Origin: Paraspadella gotoi | Lineage: Eukaryota; Animalia; Chaetognatha | Length of the DNA: 64,000 nt | Assembly (NCBI GenBank): GCA_051294375.1 | Contig: CM119271.1 | Location: 3,744,610 to 3,808,609 of the forward strand | Direction: 5' to 3' | Shown here: piece after piece, positions 28,949-42,119 of the stretch | Position numbering within the stretch: the first letter of the stretch is position 1 | Layout of the letters: each line of letters starts with the position of its first letter | The notes under the pieces: generated by a model | Databases searched by the model: none | What the model saw: only the letters and a program-made list of their open reading frames with translations | Told to the model about the DNA's origin: nothing | Made by a program: the position numbers and the translations under genes

Positions 28949-29345
28949 AAAACAAGAACGGTAATTCCAATGTGTTGCGCCGCAGTGACTTTATTTTCAC
29001 GTGCATTTCCCTTTGATCACATGATATGACATGATATGAATTGACAAGATTAAAACAAAAATTTTTGCCCGTGTATTTATGATATGCACTGCATAAAAAT
29101 TCCATGTTTTTTTCTTTATAGTTTTAGGAGTTACTGAAGGCAGCGCTTGCAGTCCTTTAGATTTGAGTTTTTTTTTTCTGTCTTAACAAATAAGCAACCA
29201 ACTATAGGCAAATTATATGCATTTTTAATATAAGTGGGACAGAAAGACGCATAGTCATACCGACCGTCCGATGGATCGTTCGACCAACACACCAACCAAA
29301 AAGTGACTTATAGAGTTGCTCCGCGAGTACTCGCGGCGAAACTAA
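28949..29345 (+). mobile_element. Helentron/DINE-1-like non-autonomous element
   Basis: Starts AACAAGAACGGTAATT, internal CATGA and GACC short repeats, ends AAGTGACTTATAGAGTTGC + palindrome CCGCGAGTACTCGCGG + ACTAA. Dispersed copies elsewhere in the window. Family assignment is by architecture only. Confidence 0.6.
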
Positions 29346-29739
29346 AAATAAATTTAAATGCTCTGAAGCCTGACTGGACAGTTCGACATCTGTCCATCTG
29401 TCTACTTATCCGTCAATTTGTCAATTAGTGACTAGTCAGTAGTCACTGCACTTGTAAATGCGTCTCCCTGGTAACCTGTCGCTTGATCTGTCAGTTTATC
29501 TGTCTCTCCGTCAATCAGTGTTCAATATCTAATCTGTATATTTTTCCGTCTTGATCCATCTGTCCGTCACAATTTAAAAAAATAATATTCCACTATTGGA
29601 TCCCCCTCTCCTATTTTTCAAAGAATTCCCATCCTCTCGAATTAACTCCCCCCCCTTGTTCCATAAGTTCATCTTTAAGTCGATCATATTGTAGTCGGGC
29701 ATAAGTTCACCCTGCCTATAAGCATGACACCTTCAGTCG

Positions 29740-29895
29740 TGACCCAGTGGCTCATTGAGTAAAGCAATCTGCTTATGACCACTAGGTAACGGGTTCAATC
29801 CCAACCCAATACCTACCCTGCGGGAAGCGTGAGGATGGCCGTAAGCAGCCTTGGGGGCATGGAAAACCCTCAAGCCTGGTTCCAAGCAAAAGCTA
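29740..29895 (+). mobile_element. tRNA-derived SINE (family shared with 38911-39090)
   Basis: A-box-like TGGCTCATTGAG and B-box GGTTCAATCCC. Body blocks acctaccctg, ggccgtaa and ccctc.agcctggtt.caagc recur at 38911-39090. Confidence 0.6.
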
Positions 29896-31793
29896 CCTAC
29901 AAATGTCGTACAATCATGAAGGTTCCAAGTGAATAGAGTTTTCGGAATCAGGGGGGGTTAGCTTTAGCCTTCTGGACTTTGTTTAGTCATATTTTTAAGT
30001 GATGTTTAATTAAACCTTAATCTCTGCCTCTCTCTCACTTCTTTTTCCCCTACCTCTCTACTAAAGCGTAGCAAAAATATCATCTGCAGGAAGTTAATTC
30101 AAAATTTTTTAAGTAAAAAAAAAAAATTTTTATTTTTCAATTTTTCGCATACGCCCAAATATATATAAGAAAGTCTGATAAAAGAAAAGTATAACACTTT
30201 TTAGAAAATTATTTCAATTAAGTGGTTCAAGAATCTAAAGACTGTTAACAACTTAACTTTAATATTAGTTTTAGTATAGGAGAAACGAAAAATCGTTTAA
30301 TAGGCAATTTTTTTTATTATTGTAACTAGACGAGAACTCGCTTAAAATAAAATTCAACATTTTTCTAATCATGAGATTCCGTTAAAATCTGACTACCGCA
30401 AACTTGCAAACGAGATTGCCATGAAATTCGTGGTAAAAAAACAGTTGTAAAACACACGATTCCGATACGCGTTATATCTTAAGAGCTAGCCAAATTCGCT
30501 TATGGCATTTGATAAAAGGATTTAATATAAACAAGCCAGGGAAATGCCACTAGTCATCTCCGGAGAATTTTCAAACCTTGTTTTACTATAGAAATGAAAG
30601 GGAAATTTTGCTTTCAAAAATTGTAAACGGGCTAGGGTATGTTAACATTATAAATATTACTTCGAAGCCTCTTGTCTCAAAGCTTGCCAAATTTTTCTTT
30701 TCATTATTGACCAAACTCTTCATAGTAAACAACATTGTAAAAGTCCATTGGTCTGGTTTGACCAAATGAGAATTTTTCATTTATAAGAAATTAAAAGGAA
30801 GGTTGAGAGAAAAAACTGATTTTTCCCTGATATCCTGAAGGAACAAAGATACAGGGATGGCAATCAGTACCAAAATGAAGCCATAATCATTAGGCACATA
30901 CAAGTTACAATATTAGAATTATTTTTGCTGAAACCTCTTTAACAGGGGTAGTGTCAAACTAAGTCAAAATTATAATGAATTTTAAAACTATGAAACCCCA
31001 TAAAAATAATATGAAAATTAAATTCATTTTAAGTGATCTCGAAAGAAAAAAGGCTAAATTGTACTATATAAAAACTTTAAAGTTTTTTGGATAAAGAAAA
31101 TATAATTTTTTTTTCACTTAAAATATTTGCTTCACTGATATTACATAGCATGCTTACAAAATTTACCAAAATATTATCACCCCATCACAGCCTAACATTT
31201 ATCTTCTTTTCCACAGCAAAAGTAAACATTATTTTATGTAGAGAACAGGGATGTTTACTGAAATGAGCTGGAGACGTTCAATTCTACTTCACTTTAATGT
31301 CATTTTTCAATAATAAAATAGGCGAATCTTTTAATTATTACTCTCACCGGCTTCACAAGGACATTTTACTTTCATAATATCCCCAATGTTAATGTTATTC
31401 ATTATTTTTTTTACGCAGAAATCATAAAATATAACAGAAAGTTATGGATTTCCCTTCGTCTCGTTAAGAAAAAAAAATTAACTAGCGGAATTATACAGTT
31501 TGTAAGAGGAAGTCAGAATCGGCGAAAATCTTAAAGGCGAGAATGTTGAAAAAAAGGGGTGGGAATTTTGATGGGTTCTAAGATTTTCTCCACAATGTGA
31601 GGTCCGATTAAAGCGAAACTTGAGATTTACAATATCCCGTCATTCCACAATCTATCGATATAAAATATAAGAAAAAAGTCACTGGGCTTCTTTTTCATAT
31701 AGGGCTTCCTAATTGTACATGTTTCGACTCTTAGTATTACGAGTTTTCATCAGCAAGTGAATTCAATAAACTAAATTTTTTTTAAAACATTAG

Positions 31794-31856
<63 letters not shown>

Positions 31857-31947
31857 TTTCCAACAAAGAATTGAGCAAGGATAGTGGTCAGATGTGAGGA
31901 CAGGTGAAAGTAGGGAAAGAGAGAGCAAATGATTTTTGAAATTGGTG

Positions 31948-32013
<66 letters not shown>

Positions 32014-35000
32014 AGCGATCAATAATACATTAGGCAATGTACAACAGTGAAATTTTTTAGAAAAACTAAATATTTAACAAAAGTAATAATAAATTAATTG
32101 TTAGCTGATGATTGTTAGAAAGGGAAAATGAAATAGAAGAATAAGTGATGAGGGATAGATAAGTTAAAGATAAGTGAAATAGTAAGGTAAGAAAAGAGCT
32201 CAAAAATGAGCTGCCCCCCCCCGGCCGGGCAAATTTGGGACGTTAACGATGAAGTCGGGTCATTGGCCTGTCATAGGCTGAGATGATATTGTGGTGGAAT
32301 GGGACAGGGCTGGATCTGGTAATGATCCGGCTGGAAAAATGCGGAGTGCCACTCGAATATCTCTCTGACCTGATAGGCCTGCCGAGGGCCCTCCTCTCAC
32401 CTGACGGTTAGTATAATTTTTTTTTTTAATTTTTACCTAACTTAATGAAGGAATTTTTGATTAAGACTTATATTTTCTTTTTAACACTTTTTATAAGGAA
32501 TACGAATCTGCTTTCAAAACTAAAAAAAAGCTAATTAAAATTAAAATTAAATTTTGACATTTTCTATGGTAAGTACTATGTATACGAAAATTGAGAAATT
32601 AAAAACATTTTTTTTTATATATCAATGTTCTTTAGTACAAGACTGTTCATGAACAACTATTCGAATTTCCATCTGCAACTTTCACTACGCCTTACTCTCT
32701 ACCCTCACTCAAACCAAACTTCTTCTCCCCCCCCTCCTCTCACTCCCCCACTCCCTCCACACCCCACCCCCCCCGTCTAGCGCCACCTCCTTTGGGAAGA
32801 AGAGAGTCTGGTCTCTTGGGGATGGAATGCCTCCCTTGCGTCACGGGGTCGACCAAGGCGATGGAGCAGACGGCGGAGTTCGAGCAACGGGGAGGATCGA
32901 GAGCGAAGACTTTTTTGAGCGGGATAGAGAGGATGATGAACGAGAGGAACAGGCGCGTTACAGAGGGAGAAGAAGGTGGGGAGTGGGGCTGGGGTTTGGG
33001 GGGTGGTGTGGGGTGTTGTTGTTGTTGTTGTTTTGGCTGTCGTTGTTGTCAGTTTTGTGATTGCAAGTTGTTGTTGAAAAGAGTTTGGTTCGATTCTTTG
33101 TTTCGCGCTCTCTCTCTCTCCCTCTCTCTTCTTCGAGATCTTCATCTGACCGGTCCAACCCTCGTCACCCGTCTCGCTCTCTCACGCCGTTACACCCTTC
33201 CCTCCCCCCAAAAACGAAAGATCAAATTCCGCCGCAGCCTGGTCCGGTGGCGCCGCAACACCCTGACCACGGGCCCGCGGTCGTGGACGACGCTGACGAG
33301 AGTCTCACGGTGGCCGATTTGCTGGGGAGGACGAGAGGCAGTGGAATCATGGATGAGAAGGTGGAAAGAAATGGACGGACGGATCGAAACAGACGCGGAC
33401 AAACTGATATATTGTGGATAAAGCGCTAAGTGGGGCTGAAAGTGCTATCCGCAACTTCTTTATCCCCCTCTAGCAGACATGGAATGGGTCCTGGGANNNN
33501 NNNNNNNNNNNNNNNNNNNNNTCAGCCCCACTTAGCGCTTTATCCACAATATATCAGTTTGTCCGCGTCTGTTTCGATCCGTCCGTCCATTTCTTTCCAC
33601 CTTCTCATCCATTGATTCCACTGCCTCTCGTCCTCCTCCAGCAAATCGGCCACCGTCGAGACTCTCGTCAGCGTCGTCCACGACCGCGGGCCCGTGGTCA
33701 GGGTGTTGCGGCGCCACCGGACCAGGCTGCGGCGGAATTTGATCTTTCGTTTTTGGGGGGGAGGGAAGGGTGTAACGGCGTGAGAGAGCGAGACGGGTGA
33801 CGAGGGTTGGACCGGTCAGATGAAGATCTCGAAGAAAGAGAGAGGGAGAGAGAGAGAGCGCGAAACAAAGAATCGAACCAAACTCTTTTCAACAACAACT
33901 TGCAATCACAAAACTGACAACAACGACAGCCAAAACAACAACAACACACAAACAATCACCCCACCCACCCCAGCTAACCTCACCCCGCAAAACAGCCCAC
34001 TCCCCACTTCTTCTCCTCTGTAAGCGCCCTGTTCCTCTCGTTCATCATCCTCTCTATCCCGCTCAAAAAAGTCTTCGCTCTCGCACTCTCCCAGCTTGCT
34101 TACCGAACCCACACAAGGAGAGACACCACCGTACTGCACAACACTCTCCGCCTCTCGGTCGCCGGTGACGCCACAGGACGGCCAATTCCATCCCAAAGAG
34201 ACCACACTCCTCTTCTTCGCAACAGCGAGGTCGCCGCTAGACGTGGCGCGGGCGGGCCCTGGGCCCTGGGATCGGACGGAGCTGGGGGCGAGCTGACGAG
34301 GCGGACGAGGGGACGGAGAGAGAAGTTTGGTTTGAGTGAGGGTAGAGAGTAAGGCGTAGTGAAAGTTGCAGATGGAAATTCGAATAGTTGTTCATGAACA
34401 GTCTTGTACTAAAGAACATTGATATATAAAAAAAAATGTTTTTAATTTCTCAATTTTCGTATACATAGTACTTACCATAGAAAATGTCAAAATTTTAATT
34501 TTAATTTTAATTAGCTTTTTTTTAGTTTTGAAAGCAGATTCGTATTCCTTATAAAAAGTTGTTAAAAGAAAATATAAGTCTTAATCAAAAATTCTTCATT
34601 AAGTTAGGTAAAAATTAAAAAAAAAAATTATACTAACCGTCAGGTGAGAGGAGGGCCCTCGGCAGGCCTATCAGGTCAGAGAGATATTCGAGTGGCACTC
34701 CGCATTTTTCCAGCCGGATCATTACCAGATCCAGCCCTGTCCCATTCCACCACAATATCATCTCAGCCTATGACAGGCCAATGACCCGACTTCATCGTTA
34801 ACGTCCCAAATTTGCCCGGCCGGGGGGGGGCAGCTCATTTTTGAGCTCTTTTCTTACCTTACTATTTCACTTATCTTTAACTTATCTATCCCTCATCACT
34901 TATTCTTCTATTTCATTTTCCCTTTCTAACAATCATCAGCTAACAATTAATTTATTATTACTTTTGTTAAATATTTAGTTTTTCTAAAAAAATTTCACTG

Positions 35001-35031
35001 TTGTACATTGCCTAATGTATTATTGATCGCT

Positions 35032-35096
<65 letters not shown>

Positions 35097-35183
35097 CACC
35101 AATTTCAAAAATCATTTGCTCTCTCTTTCCCTACTTTCACCTGTCCTCACATCTGACCACTATCCTTGCTCAATTCTTTGTTG

Positions 35184-35251
<68 letters not shown>

Positions 35252-37153
35252 CTAATGTTTTAAAAAAATTTAGTTTATTGAATTCACTTGCTGATGAAAA
35301 CTCGTAATACTAAGAGTCGAAACATGTACAATTAGGAAGCCGCTATATGAAAAAGAAGCCCAGTGACTTTTTTTCTTATATTTTATATCGATAGATTGTG
35401 GAATGACGGGATATTGTAAATCTCAGTTTCGCTTTAATCGGACCTCACATTGTGGAGAAAATCTTAGGAAACCCATCCAAAATTCCCACCCCTTTTTTTC
35501 ACACATTCTCGCCTTTAAGATTTTCGCCGATTCTGACTTCCTCTTACAAACTGCTATAATTCCGCTAGTTAATTTTTTTTTCTTAACGAGACGAAGGGAA
35601 TCCATAACTTTCTGTTATTTTTATGATTTCTGCGTAAAAAAATATAATGAATAACATTAACATTGGGGATTTATGAAAGTAAAATGTCCTTGTGAAGCCG
35701 GTGAGAGTAAATAATAAAAGATTCGCCTATTTTATTATTGAAAAATGACATTAAAGTGAAGTAGAGTGAACGTCTTCCAGCTCATTTCAGTAAACATCCC
35801 TGTTCTCTACATAAAAATAATGTTACTTTTGCTGTGGAAAGAGAAGATAAATAGTTAGGCTGTGATGGGGTGATAATATTTGGTAAATTTTTGTAAGCAT
35901 GCTTGTAATATCAGTGAAGCAAATATTTTAAGTGAAAAAAAAATTATATTTTCTTTATCCAAAAAACTTTAAATTTTTTACTATAGTACAATTTAGCCTT
36001 TTTTTCTTTCGAATCACTTAAAATGAATTAATTTTCATTTATTTTTATGGGGTTTCATTAGTTTTAAAATTCATTATAATTTTGACTTAGTTTGACACTC
36101 ACCCTGTTAAAGAGGTTTCAGCAAAAATAATTCTAATATTGTTAACTTGTATGTGCCTAATGATTATGGCTTCATTTTGGTACTATTGCCATCCCTGTAT
36201 CTTTGTTCCTTCAGGATATCAGGGAAAAATCAGTTTTTTCTCTCAACCCTTCCTTTTAATTTCTTATTAAATAAAATTCTATTTGTCAACAACCAGACCA
36301 TCGGACTTTTACAATGTTGGTTTACTATGAAGAGTTTGGTCAATAATGAAAAGAAAAATTTGGCAAGCTTTGAGACAAGAGGCTTCGAAGTAATATTTAT
36401 ATGTTAACATACCCTAGCCCGTTTACAATTTTTGAAAAGAAAATTCCCTTTCATTTCTATAGTAAAACAAGGTTTGAAAATTCTGCCGGAGGATGACTAG
36501 TGGCATTTCCCTGGCTTGTTTATATTAAATCCTTTTATCAAATGCCATAAGCGAATTTGGCTAGCTCTTAAGATATAACGCGTATCGGAATCGTGTGTTT
36601 TTACAACTGTTTTTTACCACGAATTTCTGGCAATCTCGTTTGCAATTTGGGTTAGTCAGATTTTAGACGGAAATCTCATGATTAGAAAAATGTTGAATTA
36701 TTTTTTAAGCGAGTTCTCGTCTAGTACAATAATAAAATAAAATTGCTATTACAACGAATTTTTCGTTTCATCTCTATACTAAAACTAAATTATAAGTTAA
36801 GTGTAACAGTCTTTTAGGATTTTGAACCACTTAATGAAATAATTTTCTAAAAAGTGTTATATTTTCTTTTATCAACTTTTCTTATATATATTTGGGCGTA
36901 TGCGAAAATTGAAAAATAAAAATTTTTTTTTTACTTAAAAATGATTCAACTTCCTGCGATGATATTTTTGCTACGCTTTAGTAGAGAGGTAGGGGAAAAA
37001 GAAGTGAGAGAGAGGCAGGAGTTAAGGTTAATTAAAATCAACTTAAAAATATGACTAAACAAAGTCCAGAAAGGCAAAGCTGACCCCCTCCTGATTCCGA
37101 AAACCTATTCACTTTGAACCTTTCATGAATTGTACGACATTTTAGGTAGCTTT
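29889..37153. repeat. ~3.6-kb inverted duplication centred on a 25-N gap, probably an assembly artefact
   Basis: 29889-33439 is the reverse complement of 33522-37153. Differences are mostly indels, and the right arm decays into A-rich noise. Confidence 0.8.
35288..35331 (+). ncRNA. Minimal hammerhead ribozyme (mirror copy on minus strand at 31713-31756)
   Basis: TTG-CTGATGA-AA-ACTC(gtaatactaa)GAGT-C-GAAA-CATGTA-CAA; one mismatch at the base of stem II. Confidence 0.6.
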
Positions 37154-37556
37154 GTATTATAATATAAAAAAAAGAAACCTATAGGAACAGGAAAAAGATA
37201 AAAAAAAAAAGAATAAAAGAAAATTATGTATGAAAATTGAAATGACGGGAAAACGAAAATAAGAAATATAAAAAAAAAGCTAAAAAAAAAAGAAAGAAAA
37301 AACACCAAAAAAAGGCAAAAAAAAAAAAAAAAAAAAAAACCGAAAAAACCCCGATTTATAAGCCAAATACCCTGATACTGAGATCGCACATCGGTTTGTG
37401 GAGACAGGGAATCTTCCTCGACTCCAAACCCTGAAGGGCGCGTCGAAGCAGCACCTCTCGTCGAATGGTGTCCGACCTGGTGGAGCCGAAGGTAAGGATC
37501 GAGTGTACGGGATCCGGATTTATAGGAGCGACGTTTTGGAGCGACAGTTGTTTATC

Positions 37557-37892
37557 TTTAGTTGCGCAACTCTGTAAGTCACTTTTCGGTCGGTCTGTCG
37601 GTCCGTCCGTCGGTCTGTCCCACTTACGTTAAAAATGCATATAATTTGCCTATAGTTGGTTGCTCATTTGTTAAAACAGAAAAAAACCTCAAATCTAAGG
37701 GACTGTTGGCGCCCCCTTCAGGAATTCCTAAACTATAAGGAATAAAAGACGGATTTTGATGCAGTGCATATCATAAATAGACAGGCAAAAAAATTTTTTT
37801 AGTCATGTCATGTCATATCATATGATCAAAGGGAAATACGCATGAAGATAAAGTCACTGCGGCGCAACACATTGGAATTGCCGTTCTTGTTT
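37557..37892 (-). mobile_element. Helentron/DINE-1-like element, same family
   Basis: Reverse complement of 28949-29345 with the terminal palindrome AGTTGCGCAACT. Confidence 0.6.
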
Positions 37893-38533
37893 CTTCAATT
37901 TTCTCTTTCTAGTATCTGTAACTATTTCTCTCGCAATTTCTGTATTTCTGAAATTCGTCTCTGACCGATTTGCCGTTTTATCATTTGTCCTTGGCTGCCC
38001 AATCTTTTTACCACATTGCAACTTAATCATTGTTCCAATTTGCTCATTCCAACGCTTTATCAATTTGCTCTTTAATCATTTGTGTCTCTCTTCCCCCATC
38101 AATTTTTGATTGTTCCTCTCTCTCTCTCTCTCNNNNNNNNNNTCTCTCTCTTTCTCTCTCTCATTTTCACCATCACCCCATTATGCACAATCTTAGTCGA
38201 GTCTTACCGACCAAAGAAGGGATTCCGATATCCTTGTGCCGTTCGCAACAAAACGTAAGTGTTGGCCAATCGTTGGTAATCTCCCGATCGAATGTATCTG
38301 CGTTGCAATCAATTTATCAATCATCCTCCATAAAAAATTCACAACTCTAAAATATACAAAGCAAACGCACATAATCGTTAAAAAACAAAACAAATCATTT
38401 TATCCATGGATAAATCAAACAATCAATCTATCAAAAAAAAAAAAAATTAATTAAACCAAAACGAGTAGACAAAAAGAATAAAGTTTAACAAAAAAAAAAA
38501 AAAAAAAAACCAAACACGCTCTCCTTCCCCCAC

Positions 38534-38800
38534 CGAGTCCGATAAAGTAGGTGAGCTCTCGGAGATGCATCGGAGGTTCGGGATATCGAATGCGGCCAGA
38601 ACGCCCGCTCCGCCGCAGCAGCAACCGCCGCCGCCGCTGCTGCACCCGCCGCCTCGACCGACGCCGCCGCGTGCGCCGCTTTCCGCGCCCTCGTCGTCGT
38701 CGTCGTCGATTTCTACGTTATGAAGGTAGAGGGGTTTTCCGATAACGACGACGGGTCCACGATGGGTGCACCGAGAGGACTGTGGTTCGTAGGAACTGCA
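38534..38800 (-). CDS. Unassigned GC-rich exon candidate
   Basis: Pyrimidine tract + aacag acceptor at 38801 and weak gtgggg donor at 38533. The 267 nt are open in phase 0 (CSSYEPQ...EIDDDDDEG...GGGCCCGG...SPTLSDS). Frame and parent gene uncertain. Confidence 0.4.
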
Positions 38801-38910
38801 CTGTTTTTGGGGGGAGAAAAAAAAAATAGAGTTTGCGTTGTGGTAGAATCGTAGTCGGGCATTGCAACAATTTTACCCACGCCTATAAATATGAAACGTA
38901 TAGGCGGTAC

Positions 38911-39090
38911 CTCCGTGGCACATTGAGTAATACCCTCGGGTACCGGGATCGATCTTTAATGAAACCTACCCTGAGGGGGGGGGGTATGACGGCCGTAAAC
39001 CGATTCGGGAGCGTGGTACTCCCTCATTAGATCCCTCGAGCCTGGTTACAAGCCACGGGAGCCGTTCCTTGGCTGCTAGAGGGGGTTAAA
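38911..39090 (+). mobile_element. tRNA-derived SINE, second copy
   Basis: gtggcacattgagtaa head and the same body blocks as 29740-29895. Confidence 0.55.
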
Positions 39091-42055
39091 GAAGTTACGA
39101 ATATTTATATTATATTTATGATTAAAATTAAACTTCCCTTAGTTCGTCACGTGACTGTACAAGTATGATACATATTGACATTGAAGGTCTTACGGTGCAT
39201 TATTTTCCAACCAAATATGAGCTCAATTGATTAAGTTTTACCCGAGTTATACATATGCATTCAAATCGTAAGACGGATCGACCGACAAAAAAGTGACTTA
39301 TGTATTTGTACCCTGACCGGTTACCACTCGCGGCGCCACTAAAAAAAAAAAAACGTGTCCGTACAACGTGTCCCCCAAAATATGAAACCTGACTATCGCT
39401 TTGATCGGTGGACGTAGAACAACCCATTCAAAGTCATTCTACGAGGCAGATCGCGCCGCAGCCCGCCCCCCGACGCCGCCAGCGCCCGCCCACGAATTTC
39501 TTTTTTTTTTTCTAATCCGAATATAAGCTATCTTTCGCTTTTTATCTCTTCGTCGCTATATCTCGAGGCCCACGGGAAAGAACGGTACGAGGTTAAACTT
39601 TAGAACGATTTCTTTATTTCGTAAAATGATTAGGATATTTTAATATTTTTTTTTTCGTTTCGACGTTCGGTTATGGACGAGCGAACGACGGTGGTGGGAG
39701 TGGGTAGGGGACGGAAGTTCGCATCGAGGAAGAAAAGGGACTTATTTGCCGAAAGCGCTCCGTTTCAGCTCGAATCTCGTCGGGTTACGTATTAGGTTGG
39801 ATACTCGGTTAAGGATTATGGTCCGAGGTTAAGATTTAAGATTAGCATTCAGGATTAGTAATTACGGTTAGAGATAAGGAAACCCGTTGGGGTATTTGGT
39901 TATAGATTTGACGAGAGATGAAGGTTGGAGTAAAAGTTAAGGGTTTTTTAGGAACAGAAAAGGGGAACTTTCGGAAAACAGTGCCCCGACGAGTACGGTT
40001 TTACAGAAGCAGATGGGAAAAGGTACATCGAGCAACGATTTGATATGACAAAATGTACAGAGACATTTTATTTAGATACTGTCTCGCAACTATTTTTAGT
40101 AGTGATTGCAGGAATACACGATAAAACATCTTTTTTTTTTAGAATACAGCGTAAATGAAAACGAGAAGGGGGAGAGAATTGGGAGAGAAATCGGCTGAGA
40201 ATGGTTGGGTTTATCGGGTAAGGATTGAGACAACGAAAGGTAAGGACGATTGACGCTTCTACGAAAAAAAAAATGTAAAAAAATTTCGAGAATTTGCCAA
40301 TATTAAATTTAAACTTAAATATTTTTTTGATATAAAAAAAAAGAAGAATATTCTTACTATTCTTAGAAGATAACAGAAGATAACAGAAGTCGTTATCTCT
40401 ATGAAATATCTCTTACATAACTACGTAGATTATATTGTATTTCTCGCCCACGTGCACAATCATTGCAGATATAGTCGAATTTTGAAATAAAATCAGCGAG
40501 AAAACATGAATTGTGATATCAAGACGACTCAGAAATGTTCACAGAGAAGGATAAAAATAAGACACTAATTTTGAAATCATCGCCGTGGAAGATTCAGTTC
40601 TCAAATAGGAATATTAATTTAACATAGATCGGACACCATACAATGAATTTTCACTAACGCGGCAGATACGGGACAGCAAGAACGTGTACCTCATTCATGT
40701 ACATGTATATTTATAAAATTATAATATTATGACAAAAAAGACGTAAGCTTTTTTTTTCTTCAAATACCAAAAAGATATCTATTTTTTTTATGCTTTTCAC
40801 AATCCATGTGCAATCGTGCTGCCACCAATGCACCATGTGCAAAAAAGAATTGCAAAACTTCCCGTTCAAAATTTGTGAAAAGGTCTTTGTCGTTGAAGGG
40901 CGTGAACGAGGCTTCACAGTGAAATGAGAAAAAATGCCCCGAAAGATTTTTCACATTGATGATTAAGTGGGGGAGACAGATAGGGAGACGGAGGGTAGGG
41001 GGAGAAGAGGAAGAAGAAGAGAGGAGGGAAGAGTTGGGAAGAGAGAGAAAAAAGAAGAGAGAGGAAGAGAGAGAGAGAGAGGGGGAAGAAGAGAGAGAGA
41101 GTGGGAGGAGAGAGTGGTAGGAGAGAGAGTAGAAGGTAGGGAGAATAGAAGATAAAGGAATAGATAGGGAGGAGGAGAGAAGAAAGAGGTGAGAGGAAAA
41201 AGGAGAGAGAGAAGAGGAGAGAGGGCGCTATTTAGAGAGAGACAGTGCGAGAGCGAGAGAGAGAGACAGAGAGAGAGAGAGATCCCCCGTCTCTCTCCCC
41301 ATCTAACCTCTTTAACCCCCCGTCGTTTTCTCCTTCCGCATTCAGAATCCCAGTCAGACTTTTTGGACTTTTTCCATCAATCTTCCCGTCAGAGGCAACA
41401 CGGGGGGGGAGAAGGGGTGCCAAAAAAAAAAAAAAAGAAAAACCTTCAAAAGCGGAAGGGGCGACTAAATGGAGCCAATACTAAGTGACCGTACGTATAA
41501 TACTAGCGCGGAAACACGTATCAAGTAATGTGGAGATGCCAGAAAGATTTCAAACGACAAATCCAGCAAGTTGAAGTCGCGCAAGTAAATAGCATTTAAA
41601 GTTGTCTTAATTATCTCAATAAAATCTTTGCCCGCTTCACGCTTGCCTCAGATTGGGAGGAATGTCACTCAGAAAAAAGCGCCTCCAGCGGAGTTTGATT
41701 GAAACAAAATGGCCGAATGAAAAGCCCTCCCTTCCGGATTTTTTTTTCCGGATTTAAAATCATTTATCATCAATCGTGTTTTTTATTTAGTTTTACATCA
41801 ATTAGTAGCAAGTGATAGAAGAAGTAAGAATTTAGAAAATCCTGAATTAAAACCAAAAAAAAGTAAAAAAAAAATGGGGAAAAAAAGACGAATCATTTTA
41901 ACTTTAACTTTTAACTAAAAAGGAAAACTTTTTTTTTTCAACAGTCAATAACGAATTTTACTATGAGTAGATTTTTTTTTTCGCCCTCAAATAATAGGTG
42001 ACGATATGAACGATGTGAGATCTTTGAAGTTTTTGACAAGATCCATTTGCTTTTC

Positions 42056-42119
42056 TCATTGAAGGCTGCGTCCCTTTTCTTTGGCCTCACGTTCGTTTCC
42101 GTTTCTGGTGACGTACATT
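42056..42119 (-). CDS. LRR gene alternative last coding exon B
   Basis: ttttcag|(R)MYVTRNGNEREAKEKGRSLQ*. Five of six differences from exon A are synonymous in this frame. Confidence 0.7.

Noticed and set aside
32777-33429. GC-rich overlapping ORFs (up to 209 aa) and their mirror copies
   Set aside because: No recognisable domain, frames differ between the two mirrored copies, and they include microsatellites.
29889-37153. Giant biological palindrome or foldback transposon
   Set aside because: Symmetry is centred on a 25-N gap, the arms differ by read-type indels, and no TSD or transposase is visible. The same pattern occurs at 47536-48130.
38610-38690. Prion-like AHAAASVEAAGAAAAAAV stretch near GPI Gly-rich genes
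   Set aside because: Low-complexity (GCN)n similarity, in a frame interrupted by a stop and 12 kb from the GPI genes; no evidence of homology.
40760-40954. Cys/His-rich LIM-like frame (+) or protein-like frame (-)
   Set aside because: Cys spacing does not fit LIM, splice sites are unconvincing, and the strand cannot be chosen.
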